The notes under the pieces are model-generated. The model made no database searches and had not been told where the DNA came from. It saw nothing but the letters and a program-made list of their open reading frames with translations. A DNA stretch of 41,044 nucleotides from a virus. Its lineage: Duplodnaviria > Caudoviricetes. Of the stretch, positions 1 through 6,420 are shown piece after piece (the first letter of the stretch is position 1; every line of letters starts with the position of its first letter). Both the position numbers and the translations under genes were made by a program. The stretch spans positions 1 to 41,044 of IMG/VR virus record IMGVR_UViG_3300044723_000587. One strand, 5' to 3'.

Positions 1-2
1 AG

Positions 3-476
3 ATGAAAAAAGATGAGATGTTAGTACCAAGATTAGATTTCCTTATGCCGAAGAATTTTTTCCTTAGCGAAGAATGGCAGTTAAACTTTGGAGTAGATGG
101 TAATACTGCAATAGGTAGAGTAGCAGAATTGAATCCAGAATGGGTAATAGAAGTAGTAAATAACTTAAACCATAGGTTAACGGATGTACTGCATGATTTT
201 AAAGGTATATACTCAGAGGATGAGCATTTCGTACCAAGAATATCTACTGAAGTTTCTGATGATAGGGTTAACGGATACACTAACCTTCAAACCTACCGAT
301 TATGTTTAGTATTAGATAACGAGCAAGTAGTACCTAATCCCTTAACAAGATTCTTAGAATTAGTACAAGAGAATGAATTTGAATCTAATGATATTGATAT
401 TATCAATTGGAATGAGGTAATTGAGAGATACTCTGATAGCATTCTTTTAGAGCATGATTTTTACGCAAATAAATAA
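3..476 (+). CDS. Hypothetical early protein (start may lie outside the window)
   Basis: 157-aa ORF at the window edge, acidic, no recognised motif. Confidence 0.6.
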   Translation: MKKDEMLVPRLDFLMPKNFFLSEEWQLNFGVDGNTAIGRVAELNPEWVIEVVNNLNHRLTDVLHDFKGIYSEDEHFVPRISTEVSDDRVNGYTNLQTYRLCLVLDNEQVVPNPLTRFLELVQENEFESNDIDIINWNEVIERYSDSILLEHDFYANK

Positions 477-532
477 GATACTCTGATGAGGATTTAATAT
501 CCGAAACTACTCTTAATTGAGTAGTCAGTATC
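477..532 (+). ncRNA. Type I hammerhead self-cleaving ribozyme
   Basis: Stem I GATACT(477-482)/AGTATC(527-532); core CTGATGA(483-489); stem II GGAT/ATCC with TTAAT loop; GAAA(503-506); stem III CTACTC/GAGTAG with TTAATT loop; GTC triplet 524-526, predicted cleavage after C526. Confidence 0.95.
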
Positions 533-559
533 ATAAGATACCAATTTAAATAACACACA

Positions 560-925
560 ATGAAATACGCAAGAAAATGTGATTACACAGGGAAAGGAAT
601 GAATACAGGATATGTATTTATTGATGATTCCTGTATGATAGATGATAGAGAATTATTTATCAAAGAATTAAGACAAGATAGAGAAGGTATTATTAACTTG
701 ATACCAAAAGATATCAATGATATTAAAGAATTTGATAATTCTTGTTATCTAACTGAAAAAGAGATAGAGCAGTTATCTAATAAAGTAGCAAATGCATTTA
801 ATAATACTGAAACTGATGAAGAATTATGCGATATAGCATATGCAGTAGATTATTATTATTGGACAGAATGGGAAGATGAATATGAGTATGAAGAAATTAA
901 TGGAGTATTAACTGAAATAGAATAG
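560..925 (+). CDS. Hypothetical acidic phage protein
   Basis: 121-aa ORF with AT-rich start context; ARKCDYTGKGMNTGY N-terminus and YYWTEW C-terminal motif. Confidence 0.75.
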   Translation: MKYARKCDYTGKGMNTGYVFIDDSCMIDDRELFIKELRQDREGIINLIPKDINDIKEFDNSCYLTEKEIEQLSNKVANAFNNTETDEELCDIAYAVDYYYWTEWEDEYEYEEINGVLTEIE

Positions 926-927
926 AT

Positions 928-1086
928 ATGAAAGATATATTAGGATTACCGATAAAATGGTTAGCAAGATACTACTACACAATATTGATAGTATGGTTAA
1001 CATTAACGATGAGTAGCTGTGGATTAAGATTTGGAGACTACCATGCATGGGAAAAAGATTATAAACAAAAATGTATAAGAAAATGA
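928..1086 (+). CDS. Small putative lipoprotein (52 aa), absent from the ORF track
   Basis: MKDILGLPIKWLARYYYTILIVWLTLTMSSCGLRFGDYHAWEKDYKQKCIRK*; hydrophobic stretch ending in lipobox-like MSSC; fills the gap and its TGA overlaps the next ATG. Confidence 0.7.
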   Translation: MKDILGLPIKWLARYYYTILIVWLTLTMSSCGLRFGDYHAWEKDYKQKCIRK

Positions 1087-1385
1087 TGAGATTAAAATTA
1101 AGTATGATAACATTTAATATGTTAGAGAGTCATTTCAGTAATGACTACGGGAAAAAGAATGGTAATGGTGTAGCTATGCCACTTGGAGATGATAGCTTAC
1201 ATATGATTCATAATGAAGGTGCATTAGAGAATTACAAAGAGACAATAACAAAAAAGTTTGGAGATGTTATGGTGTTATTACAGGATCCTGACGAGGTATG
1301 GTTTAACAAGGTAAAGATTGATGACGGAGTATTTCAAGATTATCATAGAAAATATATGCATAAAGCAATGAATAATAGGAATTAA
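1083..1385 (+). CDS. Hypothetical protein (start probably 1083 or 1086 rather than 1071)
   Basis: ORF track 1071..1385; ATGATGA overlap with the upstream stop. Confidence 0.7.
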   Translation: MMRLKLSMITFNMLESHFSNDYGKKNGNGVAMPLGDDSLHMIHNEGALENYKETITKKFGDVMVLLQDPDEVWFNKVKIDDGVFQDYHRKYMHKAMNNRN

Positions 1386-1386
1386 C

Positions 1387-1459
1387 GTGTGTGTTTCCAT
1401 CATCTAACCTCACTACGAAAGTAGTGGGGATTTGGTGGTAGAGGGATGTTCCTCACACA
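1387..1459 (+). ncRNA. Candidate structured intergenic RNA, class unknown
   Basis: CCTCACTAC-GAAA-GTAGTGGGG hairpin nested in a CCATCA/TGGTGG stem, then a GAGGG/TCCTC hairpin, possibly closed by GTGTG/CACAC; G-U pairs favour the + strand. Confidence 0.55.
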
Positions 1460-1475
1460 ATTAAATTAAATTATT

Positions 1476-1973
1476 ATGAGTAGAGAAGAATTAGAAGCAA
1501 AGTTTATGGAATTTCCTAAACTGGTGGTAGCAAAGTATAATGTATCTGACCATATATCCAGTCAGATAGAATACTTTCAAAAAAACAAAGGAGAGTATCA
1601 AGAAAACTATACCAATGGATTTGATGACAGAAGTTTAGATTTAATCACTGACAAAGAGATATCAAATTATTTCTTTTCAGCTGATAGTGAAGAACACCAT
1701 TATCACTGGGAAGACTTTCTTGAGGATTTAGAAGAAGAATTTAGTCAGTACATAGGTAAAAAAGTTTATGTAGAGGGAAGCAATATGGGATGGAGAAATA
1801 GAAGTGGAGAGAAGACTTTTAAAATTAAATCTACTGAAGATATTTTTAGACAGATAGCACCTGAATGTGAACTGACTTATGAAATGGAGAAAGTAAACGA
1901 TAAAGAGTATGAGGTAAGAATTGCACACCACGACTCACCAATGGGAGAATTGTATAACTTAAAAATTAAATAG
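1476..1973 (+). CDS. Hypothetical phage protein
   Basis: 165-aa ORF; MGWRNRSG and AHHDSPMGE motifs; TTAAATTAAATTATT-ATG start context. Confidence 0.8.
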   Translation: MSREELEAKFMEFPKLVVAKYNVSDHISSQIEYFQKNKGEYQENYTNGFDDRSLDLITDKEISNYFFSADSEEHHYHWEDFLEDLEEEFSQYIGKKVYVEGSNMGWRNRSGEKTFKIKSTEDIFRQIAPECELTYEMEKVNDKEYEVRIAHHDSPMGELYNLKIK

Positions 1974-1975
1974 AT

Positions 1976-2221
1976 ATGAATTGGAAAGAAATGAAAAGTA
2001 AGATACTATCAAATAGTATATTATTAGAGAAACTAAAAAAGTTTCCTAACAGAAAGTTTATTCAGAAGTGTCAGCAAAAATTAGATGCATACAAGAAACC
2101 TAAACCAAATCCTTTAGATTGGTTTAATTATTTTGTAGATTACATTGAAAATACAGATAGTAATCTTTATAATCAAGCGTGTGAGTATGCCGACAATAAA
2201 GAAAAGCAAGAAAATGAATAG
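1976..2221 (+). CDS. Hypothetical protein
   Basis: 81-aa ORF packed against its neighbours. Confidence 0.65.
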   Translation: MNWKEMKSKILSNSILLEKLKKFPNRKFIQKCQQKLDAYKKPKPNPLDWFNYFVDYIENTDSNLYNQACEYADNKEKQENE

Positions 2222-2285
2222 AGAATTAACATACAATAAGTGGATAAAGTATATCCATGATTATCAATTAAATAAAAATAAAATT

Positions 2286-2621
2286 ATGAAAAAAGATCAA
2301 GCGTTAAAAAAAATCAGTAATATGTTGGGAGACAAACATATACATATATCAGATGAGGTAAAAATAGATGATATAAAGGGAACAAAAGGGAAAGTATATG
2401 TAGATAATTCATTGTTAATGGAATTAATAGATGAGATTGCTACTCAAATGACAGAAGAAAAATTTGGAGAATACTATCACAATACGGGATTTGATAATGT
2501 TAAAGATAGAACGTACACTTTAACAGATGAAGCACAGGATTTTTACAATAAAAAGTATGATGAGGTAGAGGGTATGATAAATAACATTACTAACATATAT
2601 TCAAATAATGATGAGCGATAG
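2286..2621 (+). CDS. Hypothetical protein (start 2286 or 2214 more likely than 2145)
   Basis: AAAATAAAATT-ATG context at 2286; alternative ATG at 2214 overlaps the upstream gene end. Confidence 0.65.
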   Translation: MKKDQALKKISNMLGDKHIHISDEVKIDDIKGTKGKVYVDNSLLMELIDEIATQMTEEKFGEYYHNTGFDNVKDRTYTLTDEAQDFYNKKYDEVEGMINNITNIYSNNDER

Positions 2622-2691
2622 ATTAGAAAGTAGTTTTACAGAAATAATAATAGTAATTTTAATAACATTAATAATTTTAATATCAATATGA
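2608..2691 (+). CDS. 27-aa single-transmembrane micropeptide, absent from the ORF track
   Basis: MMSDRLESSFTEIIIVILITLIILISI*; TGA overlaps the ATG at 2688 (ATGA). Confidence 0.5.
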   Translation: MMSDRLESSFTEIIIVILITLIILISI

Positions 2692-2984
2692 AACAGACAA
2701 GCGAATTAATTAAGGAAGTAGGAAGAGAGGTAGTAATTCTACTACTTGAAAAGAATAAAGCGTATGGAGACACTGCAAATGATCCTCCTAAAATATTTTC
2801 TAAACTATCAGCAAAAGAGGGAATACTTGCGAGGATAGATGACAAGTTAAGTAGGATTAAAACAAGTGGGTTAAACGATAAAACTGAGGATACAATGCTT
2901 GATTTAATTGGATACCTTATACTATATAGAGTACAAGTAAAAAAAGATGCTTGGAAAGATATTAATTATTCTAAAAAGAAATAA
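2688..2984 (+). CDS. Nucleotide modification associated domain 1 (Nmad1/DUF1599-like) protein
   Basis: KNxxYGD, RIxDKLSRI and EDTxxDLIGY motifs characteristic of this family. Confidence 0.8.
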   Translation: MKQTSELIKEVGREVVILLLEKNKAYGDTANDPPKIFSKLSAKEGILARIDDKLSRIKTSGLNDKTEDTMLDLIGYLILYRVQVKKDAWKDINYSKKK

Positions 2985-2985
2985 A

Positions 2986-3288
2986 ATGGGAATAAAATAT
3001 AAAGTGCCATTATGTGAGGCATACGATATAGAGATTGATGTTGAAGTGGGAGGAGTAGAATGGCAACATGTGATTTTTAATTTACATGTTTCAGAAGACT
3101 GGGAACATCTTAATCCAAGAAATCCTGTAAATATTAATGCTGAACTAAATATATTTATGGTAGATGACTTAATTAAAGCACTTGAATTAGCAAAGAAAGA
3201 TTATAATTATTATTTAGAAAATGGAAAGAATGATTATTATAAGTATAGAAGACAAGTGTTAAGGAAAAAGAAAATAAATAAAAGTTAA
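2986..3288 (+). CDS. Hypothetical protein
   Basis: ORF track 2947..3288; probable start at the ATG just after the upstream stop. Confidence 0.65.
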   Translation: MGIKYKVPLCEAYDIEIDVEVGGVEWQHVIFNLHVSEDWEHLNPRNPVNINAELNIFMVDDLIKALELAKKDYNYYLENGKNDYYKYRRQVLRKKKINKS

Positions 3289-3295
3289 ACATAAT

Positions 3296-3326
3296 TTTGC
3301 TATTAATTGAAAAAGAATTATATTAG
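3296..3326 (+). promoter_or_regulatory. Bacteroidota primary-sigma promoter
   Basis: TTTG(3296-3299)-N19-TATATTAG(3319-3326), one mismatch to TAnnTTTG; an exact TAATTTTG also occurs at 3292-3299. Confidence 0.6.
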
Positions 3327-3340
3327 CAACCTAATAAAAT

Positions 3341-3418
3341 TAATATTGAGTGTAGTAGGGATTGGAAGGAATATCAATAGAATGGCTAACGAGATTTAGA
3401 CTACTACACTTGATATTA
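3341..3418 (+). other. Long stem-loop in a 5' leader
   Basis: TAATATTGAGTGTAGTAG(3341-3358) pairs with CTACTACACTTGATATTA(3401-3418): 18 bp including two G-U pairs, 42-nt loop. Confidence 0.7.
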
Positions 3419-3434
3419 TATAATTAAATTAAAT

Positions 3435-3728
3435 ATGAAAAAAGAAATATTTGACTCCTATGCTGAGTCAATAGCAAAGCAATTCCACCTTAGTTTAGAC
3501 CAGATGTTTGATAAATCTAAGCGTAGAGATATTGTAGATGCAAGACAAATGCTTTACTACTTATGTATGGAAAGACCAATTAGAATATCATACATCCAGA
3601 GGTTTATGAATGAGCAAGGTTTAGATGTTGCACATTCAACTATTATACATGGCTACAATAGAGCTAAAGGTATGGTAGATAAAGATCCAGACTTTAAGAA
3701 TGTAGTAAATAAACTACAAAATGTATAG
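3435..3728 (+). CDS. DnaA C-terminal (domain IV)-like HTH DNA-binding protein
   Basis: KSKRRDIVDARQMLYYL and AHSTIIHG match the DnaA_C pattern (R..iv.aRq..mYl ... dHsTv.h). Confidence 0.8.
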   Translation: MKKEIFDSYAESIAKQFHLSLDQMFDKSKRRDIVDARQMLYYLCMERPIRISYIQRFMNEQGLDVAHSTIIHGYNRAKGMVDKDPDFKNVVNKLQNV

Positions 3729-4137
3729 TATAGAGGAAGTTTATTCTCAATCCTTATCTGATGAGTTTTCTATACAAGTTAAAAAGCCGTTAGGATTTAG
3801 TGTAGTAAATTATGGAGTAAAGATTCAAAAGTTTAATAGTAAGATTGAATTATTAAACTGCTCTAAGAGTGGTAATTATTTCCAAGAATTTACAGAGGAT
3901 GAGTATAATTTATTTTATCAATACGGATGGAAGGAGGGAGGAGTAAGACTATCTTTATTAAATTACAAAAGAAAGTTAAATTTAGTAAACGATAAAATAA
4001 GGATAGAAATTAATACTCGAAAGAATAATAAACATATATCTAAATTAAAGTCAACAAGAGAAAATTTGTTGGTTAGATATGCAACCAGAAATAAACAATT
4101 AAATAAAATTAAATCAAATGAAAAAAAACATTTTTAA
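3721..4137 (+). CDS. Hypothetical protein, basic C-terminal helix
   Basis: 138-aa ORF overlapping both neighbours. Confidence 0.75.
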   Translation: MYSIEEVYSQSLSDEFSIQVKKPLGFSVVNYGVKIQKFNSKIELLNCSKSGNYFQEFTEDEYNLFYQYGWKEGGVRLSLLNYKRKLNLVNDKIRIEINTRKNNKHISKLKSTRENLLVRYATRNKQLNKIKSNEKKHF

Positions 4138-4720
4138 AGAATTATCTGCAGTTTCCATAAAAGGAAAGACAGATAAAAAAGGAAAGTTTGATTATATGTC
4201 TTGGGCTACGGCTTGGAGTATGATCAAGTCAGAGTACCCTAATGCACAGAGAAAAGTATATGAGTCAGAACACACTGGACTAAACTTTTTTACTGATGGT
4301 AAGACTGCATATGTTAAGGTAGGAATTATAATTAATGATATGGAACATATTGATTACCTACCAGTTATGGATTTTAGAAATAATTCTATAACAATGGAGA
4401 AGTTAACATCTATGGATGTAAATACTGCAATACAAAGATCAACTGCTAAGGCAATTGCTATGCATGGATTAGGATTATCATTATGGATTGGAGAGGATAC
4501 AATTATAACTACTCCAGCATCTAATGTAGTTAGTAAGAATCCATTACCTACAAAGCAAAAGTCAGTACAATTAAATATTGGAGATGCTAACTGGGATAGA
4601 GTTATGAAGTATATTGTAGATAATAAAGAGTTAGGATTACCTAAGATTGTTAAGGCACTTGAGACTAAGTATGATATTAAGGCAAGTGTTAAGAAAGAAC
4701 TATCAAAGCTTATCAAGTAA
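4118..4720 (+). CDS. Sak3/DUF1071-like single-strand annealing protein
   Basis: YMSWATAW, LPVMDFRNN, DVNTAIQRSTAKAIAMHGLGLSLWIGED motifs; lies near exonuclease and SSB. Confidence 0.85.
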   Translation: MKKNIFKELSAVSIKGKTDKKGKFDYMSWATAWSMIKSEYPNAQRKVYESEHTGLNFFTDGKTAYVKVGIIINDMEHIDYLPVMDFRNNSITMEKLTSMDVNTAIQRSTAKAIAMHGLGLSLWIGEDTIITTPASNVVSKNPLPTKQKSVQLNIGDANWDRVMKYIVDNKELGLPKIVKALETKYDIKASVKKELSKLIK

Positions 4721-5055
4721 TGGAAGACATTACTTTATACGATCTACTTAACTTAAAACTATCAAAGTTAACGTGGACAGAAAAAATTCATGAGAGTAAA
4801 ATTTCAAGTGAAGAAGGATTCTCTATAGAATTAGATTATTATAAAAATATTGGTAAGAATAAAGATAAAGACCAGTTACTTGTAAATATTTACTATAAAC
4901 ACATAAACATAGGTGCATTTGGATCTATAGAAAAAGAAGAGTCGGACCAATTTGCTAAGTGGTTTATTGATCAAGCTGAATTAATTGACAAGTCTGATGA
5001 GCAACATGAGAAATTTTTAGAGATTGAGGGTAAGGATAAATTTAAAAACTTATAG
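4720..5055 (+). CDS. Hypothetical protein
   Basis: 111-aa ORF, TAATG coupling with the upstream gene. Confidence 0.7.
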   Translation: MEDITLYDLLNLKLSKLTWTEKIHESKISSEEGFSIELDYYKNIGKNKDKDQLLVNIYYKHINIGAFGSIEKEESDQFAKWFIDQAELIDKSDEQHEKFLEIEGKDKFKNL

Positions 5056-5056
5056 T

Positions 5057-5794
5057 ATGTATCAAATATTAGAAAAATTAAAAGATGATAAGAATTATTA
5101 TGGAGAGTTTGGTCAGCAGTATCTATCAAATTCTGATATAATAACTTTATTAAACGATCCTAAAGAATTTAGGAAGCCAAAGGAGGTAACAAAGGCAATG
5201 CTACTGGGGAGATATTTCCATACTGCTATGTTAGAGCCAGATAAGTTAGATTCTAATGAGTTTATAGATATAGATGTGTCAAGTAGGAATACTAAGAAGT
5301 ATAAGGAAGAATTACTTATACAAAATAAAAGTATTATAATGCTTTCTAAGGAAAAGTCTGGTATTAATAATGCAATATCTACTATGAAGAACAATTTAGA
5401 ATTCTATGATGCTATTTATGATTTAGATAATACATATGAAGTACCTGCGGTACATGAAGTTATGGGTATTATGTGGAAAGGTAAGGCAGATATTGTAGCT
5501 AAGGATATGCTAATAGATCTTAAGACTACCTCAAACATCAAAGACTTTAAGTATAGCGCACGAAAATATAATTATGATAGTCAGGCATACCTATACCAAC
5601 AATTCTTCAACAAACCTCTTGTATTCTACGTTGTAGACAAGTTAACGTTGGAGTTAGGAGTCTATCATCCATCACAAAAGTTTTTGGAGTATGGAAAAGA
5701 GAAAGTAGAGCGAGCAATCGAAGTGTATAACAAATTTTATAGTAAAGATGCTAAAGAAGATATTGAAACGTACGTCATTAAAGAGGTACTTTAA
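5057..5794 (+). CDS. PD-(D/E)XK exonuclease (DUF3799/RecE-like)
   Basis: LSNSDI, GRYFHTAMLEP, KGKAD, IDLKTT, YNYDSQAYLY; probable start 5057. Confidence 0.85.
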   Translation: MYQILEKLKDDKNYYGEFGQQYLSNSDIITLLNDPKEFRKPKEVTKAMLLGRYFHTAMLEPDKLDSNEFIDIDVSSRNTKKYKEELLIQNKSIIMLSKEKSGINNAISTMKNNLEFYDAIYDLDNTYEVPAVHEVMGIMWKGKADIVAKDMLIDLKTTSNIKDFKYSARKYNYDSQAYLYQQFFNKPLVFYVVDKLTLELGVYHPSQKFLEYGKEKVERAIEVYNKFYSKDAKEDIETYVIKEVL

Positions 5795-5909
5795 AAAGAA
5801 AAGTGTGGTGTGGTTGCAAATTCCAACCGACCTCAACACACAAGCTGATAGAGATAATCTCATGGAAGCTACAATGAATCAGTTGGAAAAAATTATTTAT
5901 AAAAATTAA
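5748..5909 (+). CDS. Small hypothetical protein (53 aa), absent from the ORF track
   Basis: MLKKILKRTSLKRYFKKKSVVWLQIPTDLNTQADRDNLMEATMNQLEKIIYKN*; fills the gap and ends 3 nt before the SSB start. Confidence 0.55.
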   Translation: MLKKILKRTSLKRYFKKKSVVWLQIPTDLNTQADRDNLMEATMNQLEKIIYKN

Positions 5910-5912
5910 ATT

Positions 5913-6170
5913 ATGGCAGAAGAAAAAATTTATGTAGGAAACGGGACAACTAAATTTGATGGAAATCAAATTGCTTGTAGCGTATGTTTAACAGACTTAC
6001 CTCAAGAACACATGTTTGAGTACAACGGAAAGAAGTACATCAAGCTAATTGTACAAGAGAAAAAGTCTGTAGATGAGTATGGAAAATCTCATTTTGTTGC
6101 GGTTGACACATGGAAACCAGAACCAAAGAAAGAAACTGCACCAGCAGTGGAAGAAGATCTACCTTTCTAA
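5913..6170 (+). CDS. Small phage single-stranded DNA-binding protein
   Basis: Beta-rich 85 aa ending in acidic EEDLPF; located in the recombination module. Confidence 0.75.
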   Translation: MAEEKIYVGNGTTKFDGNQIACSVCLTDLPQEHMFEYNGKKYIKLIVQEKKSVDEYGKSHFVAVDTWKPEPKKETAPAVEEDLPF

Positions 6171-6190
6171 TAAAGGTAAGGTTATGAAGT

Positions 6191-6222
6191 AGAAGAGGGA
6201 CTTATTGTCCCTTTTCTTTTCT
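6191..6222 (+). terminator. Rho-independent terminator
   Basis: AGAAGAGGGAC-TTATT-GTCCCTTTTCT followed by a T run. Confidence 0.75.
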
Positions 6223-6228
6223 CTTATA

Positions 6229-6407
6229 TATGACGAGATGACGACTTGGTCCTAACTTTTTAGCACTATATAGTTTTTTATATATAATCTTTATTTATTT
6301 ATATATATTCTATATATTTTCTTATCATCTTGTCATAAAAAAAGAATATATAAGTAGTAGTTAGTAGAAAAAGTAAAAAATAACTTGTCATAAAGTTATC
6401 ATAAATT
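6229..6407. promoter_or_regulatory. Putative replication origin
   Basis: Non-coding; imperfect inverted repeat 6229-6244/6322-6337 around a very AT-rich spacer; TTRTCATAAA repeats at 6385 and 6396; directly upstream of the primase-helicase. Confidence 0.6.
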
Positions 6408-6420
6408 AAAATAAAATAAA

